DNA of 64,000 bases from Octopus sinensis. Its lineage: Eukaryota. Positions within the stretch are counted from its first letter, which is position 1. Every line of letters starts with the position of its first letter. Below are positions 1 through 13,179 of this stretch, in pieces. Under the pieces are notes generated by a model, which searched no databases, had not been told where the DNA came from, and worked only from the letters and a program-made list of their open reading frames with translations. The DNA lies in NCBI RefSeq assembly GCF_006345805.1, contig NC_043018.1, positions 3,782,001 to 3,846,000 on the forward strand, in the 5' to 3' direction. The position numbers and the translations under genes were made by a program.

Positions 1-21
1 ATGGCTTCTTGATGTTAGGCC

Positions 22-110
22 GCTATTGGTCATCTCAAGTCACGTGGTGCTATTGGTCTGGAAGCGACATCGATTACTTTCTTTTCGGATGGGCAAGCTA
101 GCTATTGGCA
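22..110. promoter_or_regulatory. Cluster of three GCTATTGG (CCAAT boxes) and one CACGTG
   Basis: GCTATTGG at 22, 49 and 101; CACGTG at 41-46; no linked gene in the window. Confidence 0.25.
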
Positions 111-285
111 GATACCTGCCGCTGTCACGCTTGGAAGCTCACTCAGTTCGTTGCATTTGTTGAGGTGTCGTCGCGGGTTAATGGAGCCTTGATACAATAT
201 CCTGTCTGTGGGACTGGATCGAAATTTGGATTGTCAGCATAGATGGGACGGGCAGCAGAATTTAAGAACCATGCCCTTGAGTATA

Positions 286-335
<50 letters not shown>

Positions 336-337
<2 letters not shown>

Positions 338-530
338 TGGGGGAAATTCACAAAAAAAAAACAAAAGACGGAGACAGGTGGTGTAGACAACAAACAGATG
401 TATTAGTATAACGCTCGGGAAGTGAAAAAGACTTTCACGTTTCGAGCCTACGCTCTTCCACAGAAAGGCACGCAGAAAGAAACAAGGAGAGAAAATAAAG
501 AATGTGTAGTGGCTAGCGATCTATCATGGT
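336..530 (-). mobile_element. Penelope-like pseudo-LTR fragment, family P1
   Basis: Reverse complement of 29480-29690; carries the hammerhead-like motif; abuts (TA)n. Confidence 0.55.
432..467 (-). ncRNA. Hammerhead-like motif, core CUGUGGA, GUG at cleavage site (probably inactive)
   Basis: CUUU-CUGUGGA-A-GAGC(GUAG)GCUC-GAA-ACGU-G-AAAG. Confidence 0.3.
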
Positions 531-732
531 GAATACCGGACAGAAGGGCCTCACGGGAGAGCTAGGGAGAAGGGGAGATAATAAAGTAGTGGTGATTCCA
601 AAACGAAGGTGCGCGTGCATGTGTATAAGAGAGTTTGTACATACATACATCTATACATACATACAAACATACATCCATCCATACATACATACATACATAC
701 ATACTAAGGCATCGAACTGGAAGAATTTTTAA

Positions 733-905
733 CAGGCCGGACAAAATGCTTAGCAGCATATCTTCCAGCTTTGTGTTCTGAGTTCAAATTCCGTTGAGGT
801 CGAATTTGCCTTTCGTCCTTTCAGGTTTAGCATCTTCAGTACCAGTTGATCACTACGTTTGATGTAATCGATTAGTAGTACTCCCACACTAATTTCAGGC
901 TTTAC
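733..905 (+). mobile_element. SINE family A
   Basis: ttctgagttcaaattcc..gaggtcga.tttgcctttc. Confidence 0.75.
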
Positions 906-1625
906 AACCTATCTACACATGCGTGTGTGCTTGTGTGTGAGCGTGTGTGTGTGTGTGCTTGTGTGTGTGTGTGTGTGTTATCCTTATACAAACAGATATT
1001 CGCGTATACCGTAACTTTTGGGATGAATTTAATGCACCATTTAATACATACACACACATTTCTACAAACACATACACATACATACACACATACATACATA
1101 CACACATACGTACATACATACATTCATACATACATACATTCATACACGCAGGTACACACGCACCTTACAATGATAATTGATTTCTTTTTTGCAAATTGAT
1201 TTTTAAACGTTTTCTTTTGCGGATATTTTTCACAAAATATACAAAATAAATTATTTCTATTTACCTTTTAGTAATAAGATCTTATCGAACTTTATCTTTC
1301 CTTTCTTTTCCAGCACGTGATTCGTGTAAAATAGGGTCTTTATGCATTTCGGTTTTAACCTTCGTTTGATTGTTTAGGCTTAGATTAAGACGTTTCCCAT
1401 GGATTTAGCGCCAGGCTTTTTGTGTCCTTATCTTGACGTGATCTAGTTAATATATTTAGTATAATTTATTACACGACGTTTTATTGTGTGTGCGCATGCG
1501 TGTGCATGCGTGTGAGCGTAGGCACATACATATATACATATATGAATATATATGTATGTATACATATGTACATATATATATAAACATACATATATATACA
1601 TATATACATATATATATATACATAT

Positions 1626-1658
<33 letters not shown>

Positions 1659-2025
1659 ATCTGTACAAATACACACACGTGTAGATAAAGCCATGCGCAT
1701 ATAATACCTATATACATATATGTATACACACACACACACACACCTATATAATATATATATATATATATTGATATGTGTGTCTGTAATAATCGTTCTTTTT
1801 TTCCTGTTGTGCCGATTTAGGATTTGAACAACAGTTTACTGTTTCTCCAACAATTGTTATGTAACATATTGATAAAGATGAACGTCGTTCACCGAACCTC
1901 GGCACGCGATTCAATGTGTTTCTTGTGGGATTGTTGTATATGTACTGCTGATAACAAAAGGGAATGCGTTGTTCCTGAGACGGGCAAAAACCTTATAAAA
2001 GATCATGTGTATGTGTGTATGTATG

Positions 2026-2950
2026 ATTTTTCTTTGATTTATATTCAAGATCTTCTTGAGAGAGTTCAAGCCGGTTGTTAACAATGTAATAAGGTTTTTT
2101 GAGTTAAGAGGGTTCCCGGTGTTTGTAAATCTGTGGTTGAGTTGGAGTGTTGGTTGACCTGTCGATGCAAACGCCCAATTGTGTGCATCTCTTCAAATAA
2201 GAATCTCAGACGGAAAATTTCTGGAATGTCTCATAAATCTCCACTGTGCCACTAATAGATTGGATTTGGAGAATCCGCGTCAGGCACTTTTGCTCTTTCT
2301 CCGTGAAACTGAGTATTTCTAGGTTTTTATGCAAATTTTTTGGTACCTAAACTAATGTACCTTTGATAAGAGGTACAAATGAGAATCCATTGTCAGGGTA
2401 CAGGAGATGTAAGTTCCGCATGAATTCGCCATAAATGTTCCCTTTTTCTTAGATTTTTAATTGCACATCCACATCCGCTGGACAGCTGACCTCTGCAACA
2501 GTGCATTGCCATTGTTCTCTGTCCCATAGAATAGTATCGGATCTGTTATGTTTACACCAAGTTGATATTTTTATTGGGGTGTACCACCAGTATTCCTTGT
2601 TTTCAAAGGTATATTATACCTGCTAGCTCTGACATTCCTTTGATGTGTACGTCAGAGCAACCCTTCTTGCCGATTGCATTTAAATAGTCTGCACAACTAT
2701 ATTATGTCCCAGGGGCAGATAGCATCTCGTGGGCAGTTTGGAGCAGTTGTTGATGATGTGGGTGATGTCTTCCACACTGGTATAGCAGAGCCGATATTCT
2801 TTATCACAATGTAGAGGTTTGGTGGTATGTTTGCCCCTCTTGTTTATCAAATATTTAGTAGTTATCTCCTGTTCCTGGCTAGCGAGGGCATAATCCTTCT
2901 AGGTGGGATCTAATGAACTCTATGCAGGTCTAGGATAGGCGACTCTTCCA
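2026..2950 (-). mobile_element. R4/Dong-like (REL endonuclease) non-LTR retrotransposon 3' end, degenerate
   Basis: Manual translation: CCHC-like EDITHIINNCSK..HN, D..EVSCPAD, K..EK..Y motifs, with stops. Confidence 0.65.
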
Positions 2951-3339
2951 GTTGATGCTGTTGTTGCCCTGTAACTTGCGAGATGTGTACTCATATATTG
3001 CTTTTTGGTGTGGCGGCGGAGGCGGTGGTGGTGGTGATGGTGTTGGTGGCGGTGGTGGTGGCGGTGGTGATGGTGTTGGTGGTGGTGGTGGTGGTGGCGG
3101 TGGTGGTGGTGATAGTGGTGGTGGCGGTGGCGAAGGGGGCGGGGTGAGAGTTCCTTGTAACTGTCGTTGTTTCCGTCGTTGTTATCATTATTCCTGTTAG
3201 TGATTTCTTTCTCAGTTGGGGTGGGGAGGGGGAGGAGTCAGTCCTTTCGAGAGTTGTTCGTTGTGGGGGCCATAGTTTTGTGGTCGTTTCGTTGATGGTG
3301 TTTGCGTGGTTGATAATTGTCCCGTTAATATTCTGACAC

Positions 3340-4145
3340 TATGTCTACCATCAGGGGCTCAGAACCCTCTGTCAGTCGATGCAAGTCCTACTCAAGCGCT
3401 CTATAGAGGGTTAGTGGCGGGTAAGTGCGACGACGCTTTCGGGGAGACTGAGCGTCGATGCGAGTGAGTTAGCTGGTCTGTTCCGGAGGACTTTTGAGCC
3501 GGAACTAACAGATAACTTCCAGAAATCCTTGGCCTGGTAATGCTACTGGGGAGGCATTGCCGGTTGGAGATAAACTCTACAGGCATGGAAGTGCCGTCTG
3601 CCGAGCTGCTCGAGATGCACGCAACGCAGAGCATCGGAACTGTTCAGCCCATCGGGAAGATCACCCTGCTGCCTTCGTTCGGCCGGGAAGGGCAGGCACT
3701 CTTTCTTTGTCTGGTGGCTTTGGCGAAAGAGGCTGTGTGGTGGACCAGGTTGAAAGGGCTGGGGTCAGACGCTTTCTTCTTTAGCCAAGCCCTCATCAAC
3801 TTTTTCAAGTTTCACTTGAAAAGGAAAGTGAGAGTGGAGGAGAAAGTGCTGCTTCCCAGCAATTTTATTAAGATATCGGTGAATGTAGTGCGAATGCCCC
3901 GAGTGAATGGGCATACTCTAAGCATGCGCCTCTAGATCAAGGATAGATGAAGAGGAGAAGTGAGGGCGATCGTAGTTTTTGTGGGGTTTCCACGAGCAGC
4001 CCTTAGAAGTTTTCCTCTTTAGGGGATTTGGTTATAATTTTCATTGTTATTCTGTTTTCACACCTTTCAATCTCTTTTTGTATTGTATTGTTCTGTACCG
4101 GCCCCAATTCCTTACTATGAACCCTCAGTGGTTAATAAAGAAAAG
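3340..4145 (+). mobile_element. Tx1/L1-clade ORF2 C-terminus and 3'UTR, (ATT)n tail
   Basis: NFQKSLAW..GALPVGDKLYRHGSAVCRA..; FLCLVALAKEAVWWTRLKG..INFFKFHLKRKVRV; AATAAA before the tail. Confidence 0.55.
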
Positions 4146-4190
<45 letters not shown>

Positions 4191-4281
4191 TTATTATATT
4201 ATTATATTATCATTATATTATTATAATATTATATAATTATTATATATTTATTATATTATTTTTATCATTATTATATTATTA

Positions 4282-4334
<53 letters not shown>

Positions 4335-4573
4335 TATTCTGAAAGACTCTCGGATAGTTCTTAATTACCAGGTATTCTTCACTTGAAAGCAGGCAATACC
4401 AAATCACCAAAGTTTTCAAGTAGTGCCTCCTTACGTGACTCAAAGAGACAATACTCTCCTTAGAATGCGAGCTGTAGCCAACAATGCTGTCTTCAGGATC
4501 ACTCTGAGCCTGACAGCAGCTCAAATATTCTTAATATGTTTTTCAAAACCCTTGGATATTATTATTATTATTA

Positions 4574-4657
<84 letters not shown>

Positions 4658-4659
4658 TA
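4146..4659. repeat. (ATT)n arrays interrupted by a Dong-like fragment
   Basis: Direct reading. Confidence 0.95.
4335..4558 (-). mobile_element. Short R4/Dong-like 3' end embedded in (TAA)n
   Basis: ..LKTALLATARILRRVLSL* plus 3'UTR, TAA arrays on both sides. Confidence 0.7.
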
Positions 4660-5268
4660 GGTGGTGAGGAGATAGAATTTTTAGCATGTCGGAGAAAATG
4701 TTTAGCGGTCCGTCTTTACGATCTGAGTTCAAATTCCACTGAGGTTGACTTTGCTTTTCAACGTCGATAAAATAAGTATCAATCGATCTCTGGGGTCGAG
4801 ATAATTGTCTAGCCCCTCCCCGAAATTGCCGGCTTTGTGCGAAAATTTGAAACTAAAATTACTTCTGTGTATAAGGCGGGGTTCTGGCAGAGTCGTTAGC
4901 ACGGTGGGGGAAATGTTTTGCGGCATTTCCACTATCTTTACGTTCTCAGTTCAAATTCTGCTGTGGTCGACGTTGCGTTTCACCCTTTCGGGGTCGATAA
5001 AATAAGTACTAGTCGAACACTTGGATCGATGTAATCATTTGAACTCTTGCCCCTAATTTGCTGGCTGGCTTTGTACAAAAATCTTTTCCGGTGGCGAGCT
5101 GGTAAAATCGTTAAGCGCGCCGGATAAAATGTTTAGCGTTATTTTATTTTATTCTGCGGAGGTTGACTCTACTTTTCATCTTTATATAAGTACCAGTCGA
5201 GGACAGGGGTCGAGGCAATTAACTTACCACGTCCCCTAAAATCGCGGGCCCTCTGCCAAAATTTGAAG
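4660..5268 (+). mobile_element. Three consecutive SINE family A copies (4660-4853, 4875-5085, 5090-5268)
   Basis: Each has gttagc..aaatg.ttagcgg and a ggtcga core; two end in aaatttgaa. Confidence 0.75.
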
Positions 5269-5551
5269 CCATCGTGTATAACGCTCCTTTTGTTGAATTT
5301 TCCACCAATGCCTATAACGCAATACCCTGCGCAACTTTATCCCTCGTTACTATACATTCCACCACTTTTACCTCATACTTCCACACCACTGCTTTCTCCC
5401 ACCTCACCCTGGATATGACTCTACCCCCCACCCCATTCTTTCGTTCCCCTGAAATATAAAAGAAAACGAAGATAAATCCATCACTTGATTCACAAGAAAA
5501 GTCGTAGTTACAAAACATGTAATTTTGGGCTCAGTAACATGATGTTTGCAT

Positions 5552-5596
<45 letters not shown>

Positions 5597-5688
5597 TGTG
5601 TGTGCATGTGTGTATTATCTATATATGTATTTTATATAAATATATATATACGTACGTATCACACATTCACACACGCACGCAAACATAT

Positions 5689-5726
<38 letters not shown>

Positions 5727-5831
5727 TCATACATTTGGAATACCTACAAAAAAGGTATCTAAGCATCGCCTTGGGTACTATACACAAATCACCTGCTCAA
5801 ATACACCTCCTTCTCTCGCTCTCCTACTCTC

Positions 5832-5871
<40 letters not shown>

Positions 5872-6072
5872 TTCACTACTTCCCTCTCCCCCTCTCTATC
5901 CCTCCACCCGTCTCTCATCTCTTGAAGGTTCTTAGACTGACTTGTGGAGCATAAGGAATCTTTTTATTTCGTTTTCTCCCCTTTTGCCATCCCCTGCCCC
6001 ACCCTCTCATCTCAGTTCTCGGTCGACTATATCAAGTTTCACACACACACGCACGCACGCACACACACACAC

Positions 6073-6131
<59 letters not shown>

Positions 6132-6718
6132 AGCTATCGCTCTGTGTGACTGGTGAAAGATAATCTATTAATGAAAGGCCCCCGATTACTGTCAACTAAA
6201 ATAAAGTCGTTGTTATCATCATTATCATCATTATCATCATCGTTGTCATCGTTGTCATCGTCACCACCACCACCACCACCACCACCACCACTACTATCAT
6301 CATCGCATCACCTTCTACGTCGTCGTCATCCTCATCATAATCATCATCCCCTTCACCTTCACCACCATCATCATCATCATCATCATCTTCATCATCATCA
6401 AAACCTCAGACGCCATAATCTCTTTACAATCCACCTGAGTCATTCCCATTAGTCAGCTTTATGCCCGTCTCTGCAAAACATTCTTTTAAATATTTCATGT
6501 TTTTTTCTATTATCATCATCATCATCATCATCATCATCATTGTTGTTGTTGTTGTTGTTATTATTATTATCATTATTATTATTTTGTTTTCTTGTCTTTA
6601 CATTACCACATACACCTGTCGTCTATTTACCTGTTTTTACCTTAATGATTATCTCTCTATCTCACTTTCCATCTATCGGCTTGTTTATATGTATGCTTAC
6701 GTGCCTGTCTGCCTAACG

Positions 6719-6754
<36 letters not shown>

Positions 6755-6821
6755 ATACATATATATATAATATATACACACACACACATACATACACACA
6801 TACACACATGCACAGACACAG

Positions 6822-6871
<50 letters not shown>

Positions 6872-7093
6872 AGTTAGTTATAATAATGACATTTATGAAT
6901 TTGTATTGCAAGATTCCTGATGTGAAACCGTGTGTTGAAACAGGTATTGTGATATTTGGGGGATGGTCATTTATTATTTTTTTAAATTTTTATTATTATT
7001 TTATTTTCTATTTATTTATTGCCAAATAAACACACTGTATGTATAGTCTTACTCATAGACTAAGCGGAGTAGGAGGATAAACGTGGACGAAAG

Positions 7094-7132
7094 GGTCGCT
7101 GAAGAGGTCACAGACGTGTGACCAAAGATTTC
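7094..7132 (+). ncRNA. Decayed hammerhead-like motif
   Basis: CUGAAGA-GGUCAC(AGACGU)GUGACC-AAAGAUUU: perfect 6-bp helix II, G12 missing. Confidence 0.25.
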
Positions 7133-9218
7133 CAGGCAATGGATATAAGATAAAATAAGAACAGTAATAAACGCGTGAAGAACGAATATATATTGCGTGT
7201 GTTTATTTGGAAAAAAACAAAAGTGGTATCTAGTTAAACTGATTCACAGAATCTGCATTTTTTCCAAAAGGAAGTAAAAAATCTGAAAATCGGTTATACT
7301 GGTGTAGATTTCCATTCTGATTGTTGTGAATCCATGATCTTGTGGAGAAAAAGAAATCTGAGGAGAAAGTTACAGAGGTTTAAAAATCTAAAAAAAACTG
7401 TATTTTTACCCAATAGTGAGACAGCGCTGTCAACTTTAAGGTTGTACCCTATGAAATTTATAGTTTAGCGTTTGTGAAATTACCTGTTACCTGTGTTTAC
7501 TTAATGCGTATTTCATTATATATACCTGTCATGTATGTTATTAATATATAAGTGCATGTGGATGTGTGTGTTCGTATATAATTTTATATGTACATGTGAA
7601 TCGATTTAACTAGATCCCACACTCAAAACACACAAGCACACACACATACATACATACATACATACATACATGTATACACACACGCACACACACACTTCCA
7701 TACACACGGGATCAAGTTAAATTGCTTTAAATTTTGGTGTATCGATGCAACTCTGAATTTTGATTACGATCAACCCATTATTTTATCTCGTAAATTAAAG
7801 AATCTGATGTTATTTGGAATTGAAGTTGGGAAATTTTGGGTAATTTTAGCCAATCAACAGACTGCGATGCATTAACAGCTTGTTACCATGACAACCGCAC
7901 GTTGTATTGTGTTTCACTTCATCCACCTCTGTGCCTCACGTGTGTGTGTGTGTGTGAGCGTGCGTGCGTGTGTGTGTGCGCGCGCGCGTGTGTGTATGTA
8001 TGTGTGGGTGTTGTGTGTGAGGAGGTACATGTGCTTTCGCGTGTGTGTGTGTGTGCGTGCGTGTGTGCGTGTGTGCGTGTGTGTGTGTATGTGTGTATGT
8101 TTGTGTATATGTACGTACATGTATGTATGTTGTGCGTGTGTGGGAGGGAGTATATATGTGCGTTCATGTGTGTATATGTGTGCATGTGTGTGTATGTGTG
8201 TGTGCGTGTGTATGTATGAGTGTGTCTTTGTGTCTATGTTTGTCCCCTCACCGGTGCTTGACAACCGGTGTTGGTCCATTTATGTCCCCATAACTTAGCG
8301 GTTTGGCTTTTTTTTTAATGGAGACTGACAGAATATTACCAGGCTTCAAGATAAAAAATCATTCGACTGAAAGACTGTTGAAGACAGTGCCCCAGCTTGG
8401 CCGCACTCCAATGACTGAAGCAAGGAAAAGAGAAAAGACTATCAACTACTACGAGCACCTCCACCCCACTCCTTCACCACCACCACCGCCGCACAACCAC
8501 CACCACCACCACCACGTCTCTCCTACCATCAGCAGCAGCGAAGTGGCTAACCGTTGCCAATGTCAGCTCGCATTGCATTATTTATGTCTACCATGCCACA
8601 TCCGCCATGCTGTCACCCCACTGCCACCCAGCCACCACACCTCCCTGTCTAGAATTGGAAGCAAATTGATTTCATTAAGGTTGGCAATTAGTATTTCTTG
8701 GGTTGTCTTGTTGGGAAATGCTCGTGACACGAAGATGCGTATAAACAAACAGATGCGGCGTTGGACTCATACCTCGTCTTCACACACACACACACACACA
8801 CACACATGCCGGGTTCACAGTTGTCCCCTTGCCGTGCCTCAAGTTACTCCTCACAATTGTTCTCTTAACATTCATACCTCTAGCGACCGCTTCCTACTTC
8901 CGATCATTTCAGTATACGGTGAACGACAGATTAAAACACGTTTGTTCTGTTCTCTTTCTGATTTTTTTTTTTACTCTCTGTGGAAGAACGTCTGCTTGAA
9001 ATGTAAAAGTCCTTTCCATCTATATTTTCTAAGTGTAAACCTAATACATCCTGTTTCTTTACCTCACCTACGGGTTATTTATAATATTTACACTACACAC
9101 ACACACACACACCACACACACACACACACATACACACACACACACACACACACATACACACACACACACCAATATGCACGCACACATGCACACACGCACA
9201 AACGTGTGTGCGTATGTA

Positions 9219-9438
9219 CGAGAGGGTGCTAATAGTTTCCTGGCGTTGAGTAAAAACAAAATGCAGGAGGTTCAGTTAATTATGGTTTTATTCAACAGAT
9301 TCTCCCCTCACAGATTCGCACACTTGTTGCAGCGGTCTTTCAGCCTTTCTAACCCCTGTAAAAAAAATCGGAAGTTTGAGCCTCCAGCCAGGCCTTTCGC
9401 GATGCCCTTAAAGCCAGCAACTTTTCAGCACCCTCTCG
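9219..9438. mobile_element. Mariner-derived MITE with TA target duplication
   Basis: TA-CGAGAGGGTGCT...AGCACCCTCTCG-TA. Confidence 0.85.
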
Positions 9439-9447
9439 TATATATAA

Positions 9448-9749
9448 CTAGCAGTATCGCCCGGCGTTGCTCGGGTTTGTAAGGAAAATAACTATATAAG
9501 CATTTTTAGAGAGTTACTTCCCTATATATAACCCGAGCAAAAATCATATAAATGCGGAGAACGATAGTAATTTTTTTTTTAATTGTAGACTCATCGTAGA
9601 CGCGCGCTAATACCCAGAAGGCTCGATATGATGACGACTATAAGATACCCGCTTTTGGTTAAACTGCACCGCAAAATGTGGAGTAGTTAGGAATCTAATT
9701 CGGAGGAGACAGAGTCTCACACACACAACTTCAATTTTATATATAAAGA
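9448..9749 (-). mobile_element. Non-autonomous Helitron
   Basis: 5' TC after A, 3' hairpin CCCGAGCAACGCCGGG, CTAG before T; homologous to 45725-46121. Confidence 0.8.
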
Positions 9750-9859
9750 TATCGATGCGATATACATGTAATATAATATAATGTATATGACATATAGACA
9801 CTATATGTAACTCACTCGTGCATGCGCCATGTTGAACCGCTGAACTCTACAAGTTGTTT

Positions 9860-10005
9860 TCATTCCCTTTCTGTTTATTTTCTCTTATTCTTTTCTGTTG
9901 AAGAGCATTGGCTCGAAACGTAAAAGACTTTTTCACTTTTCCCGAGCGTCAAACTGATATACTTGCTTGTTGTTCACACACTTGTCTTCGTCTTTTGTCT
10001 TTGTA
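9860..10005 (+). mobile_element. Penelope-like pseudo-LTR fragment, family P1
   Basis: Shares gaagagc..gctcgaaacgtaaaagacttt..cccgagcgt..cacctgtcttcgtcttttg with the other copies. Confidence 0.5.
9890..9927 (+). ncRNA. Hammerhead-like motif with variant core CUGUUGA
   Basis: UUUU-CUGUUGA-A-GAGC(AUUG)GCUC-GAA-ACGU-A-AAAG. Confidence 0.35.
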
Positions 10006-11096
10006 TCAATGTTAACTAGGCCGAAACTGTAATGATAATTGAAAACTTGACTGATGAACAGACGGCCACGACTGATCCGTTCTGGTTGTTCCTGTCCGTC
10101 TTTGTATCGTCTACATGTCCGTATGCTTTTTTTGTCATCTGTTATGTTCTTATTCCGTTTTTTTATTTATATGTATGTGTGTATGTGTGTGAGTATGTGT
10201 GTATGTGCGTGTATGTGTGTACGTGTGTGTGTATGTGTATGCATACATATATAATATATACATATGCGTGTGGCTGTACTGGTGAATATATCCATTGTAA
10301 ACACGTTCCGTAAGAGATGGACGTGAATATGTTCTTCGCTGTCAAATTTCTTCCTTTTAAGGCGGAAAACATCTGACTTTGGACAATGTGTGCTTACAGT
10401 TCGTCACTCCAATGACGTAGCAGTCTATGAAAGTCCGGTGTTTCGTCATGGCTGTACCTCAGGGGACACATTAAAACGATTAAGCGAAAGTACGGTACGT
10501 GTTACGAAAACATATTCATTCACGACATATTGTCAAGGAAAAGAATCATCGAGATGAGCAAAACTGGGACTCTTCTCACCATAAATGCGTCTGCTCGATC
10601 AGGTCTGTCCTCGGGCTAAGCAAAAACAAAAGGATTGTGATCGATGACAAGATGTTGTCCGTGTTTGCTTGTGTATGCGTGTGTGTGTGTGTATGTGTGT
10701 GTGTGTATGCGTGTGGGTGAGATTTCATGATTCCATTACAGGTCGTGGCGGCAGCAGTTGCCCACCTGTAGCATCTTAATCGATAATCGATAGAGGCTCA
10801 TATTATCACGGACATCGTTAGATTATTAAATCGACCGAAGAAAGAAGAAGAAGAAGAAGAAGAAGAAGATACACCGACCTACGCACTGCACATGCACAGA
10901 CACTCGTCTGCATACACGCATATATACATCCATATACATTTAAACAGGTATCGACACCAAGTCAGCTACACACACATATACACATACATATTCACCCCAA
11001 CAAATAGCATAGATATGAACACGCAACATATCCGGTCAACAACACGTGCATGCGCGCGCAATATACTGAGGAAACGCAACCACGCTCGTAAGCATA

Positions 11097-11335
11097 CGGG
11101 GTGCGTTCAAAAAGTATCGGACTTTATTTGTTTTCGCCAAACCTAACGCCGCATGGGCGAAATCCTTTGAGTGAGAGGTGGCGCCACCCTTCCTGTACAT
11201 ACGCGAAAACTTTCGCGCCGATAGGCCGCGTCAGCTCCCGGCCGTTACGCCTAGAGTATACAGACGTGTAGTGCGCTCTCGTCCGAGTTACGTTTTGAGG
11301 CAACATGGCTGAGCGTATCGTGCAGAGACTCATTA
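11097..11335 (+). mobile_element. Mariner-type 5' end (TIR, leader, first codons MAERIVQR)
   Basis: tacggggtgcgttcaaaaagtatcggact TIR-like start; truncated. Confidence 0.55.
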
Positions 11336-11542
11336 CCCATGTCTCATCATCAGTGAGCACCAAACACACATGCGCAAACAACCATAGGTGCACAGACGCA
11401 CACATACACATATATAGCTATACACACGTATAGCTACACACATACACACCATATCTCAACTCGCACTTACATATACAACTCACTCATGGAGGCATACACA
11501 CACACACACAAATATGCATAGACGTAAACGCACAACTACACA

Positions 11543-11589
<47 letters not shown>

Positions 11590-11871
11590 TCATAACACAC
11601 GTACGCACTCATATAGACAGGAATACTCGAATAAGGGCGAAGTTGCCAAAAGACAGTTGCGGTGAGAACGTGAAGGCGATTTTGATAGACAAGAAAAGGT
11701 AGAGCAGGTGGAAGGAAAAACGTAGATTCGAACCACCAACGTTCGAGGGAGAGTTCGACGAACTACCGTCAGTGGTCGAACTAAAGGAATTAAGGCCTTA
11801 TATAAAAAGGATTTTTTAAAAAAGAGAGTGTAACTTGCGTTTATAAAAAAAAGTAAAACAAAAGATGCAAA

Positions 11872-12033
11872 GGCACAGGAGTGGCTGTGTGGTAAGTAGC
11901 TTGCTTACCAGCCACATGGTTCCGGGTTCAGTCCCACTGCGTGGCACCTTGGGCAAGTGCCTTCTACTATAGCCTCGGGCCGACCAATACCTTGTGAGTG
12001 GATTTGGTAGACGGAAACTGAAAGAAGCCTGTC

Positions 12034-12085
<52 letters not shown>

Positions 12086-12313
12086 GTGTGTGTTTGTGTG
12101 TCTGTGTTCATTCCCCTAGCATTGCTTGACAACCGATGCTGGTGTGTTTACGTCCCCGTCACTTAGCGGTTCGGCAAAAGATACCGATAGAATAAGTACT
12201 GGGCTTACAAAGAATAAGTCCCGGGATCGATTTGCTCGACTAAAAAAGGCGGTGCTCCAGCATGGCCGCAGTCAAATGACTGAAACAAGTAAAAGAGTAA
12301 AAGAGTAAAGAGA
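11872..12313 (+). mobile_element. tRNA-derived SINE family B, full length with internal (TA/TG)n
   Basis: tggctgtgtggtaag A box, ggttcagtcc B box, accttgggcaagt core, (AAGAGTA)n tail. Confidence 0.85.
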
Positions 12314-12699
12314 CTAAAAAACACTGATAATAAACGGAGAGTAAGAACATTTAAATGGTACTACATTCACATGCATGTGGTACTGCATGTGAATGCAGTA
12401 CCACATGTAGTGGGGCGCATGCAGTACCATTTCATCTCCATCAATTTCGTTGTACGTATTACCATTTTTCACTCGTTTTAATGTTTTTGTCCCCCATTGT
12501 GCTTGACCTGTCTGTCTTTGTGTTGTCCCTTCTCTGTGTTTGGCCCTTCTGGCTCTAACAAAAATCAAGATTAACACAATCAATTATACAGGCACTTTAC
12601 CATACATAACCAGACGCACATAATTTTGGTACAAGCTCAGGAATTTGGAGTGGAAAGATCAAGTCGACTACATCGGCCCCAGTACTCCACTGTATATAT

Positions 12700-12748
12700 A
12701 TATGTATGTAAGTATGTACGCATGTATGTATGTATGTATGTATGTATG

Positions 12749-12779
<31 letters not shown>

Positions 12780-12808
12780 GTATGTACGCATGTATGTATG
12801 TATGTATG

Positions 12809-12839
<31 letters not shown>

Positions 12840-13045
12840 TGTATGTATGTATGTATGTATGTGTGTATGTATGTATGTATGTGAGTGTATGTATGTATGT
12901 ATGCATGTATGTATGTATGTATGTATGTATGTATGTATGTATGTATGTACGCATGTATGTATGTATGTATGTATGTATGTATGTATGTATGTATGTATGT
13001 ATGTATGTATGTATGTATGTATGTATGTATGTATGTGTGCGCGCG
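12700..13045. repeat. (TATG)n
   Basis: Direct reading. Confidence 0.95.
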
Positions 13046-13179
13046 TATAAATATATTGTGGTAAGGCTTCAACGTGCAGAAAAGCCCTCGGTCGACTACG
13101 AGAGTAAAGACGAATTAGTATTTCGACCGAGAAACCCTGGGTAGCTGCATTTAACAAGACTTTTAGATATTTTTTTATG

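Noticed and set aside
8303-9232. 309 aa plus-strand ORF
   Set aside because: Mosaic of SINE tail and microsatellites; no domain or splice support.
10051-10110. CTGATGA hammerhead core (also 33613, 33797, 33833, 34053)
   Set aside because: No helix II followed by GAAA downstream.
10300-10640. Protein-like open stretches on both strands
   Set aside because: Interrupted by stops, no family recognised; left unassigned.
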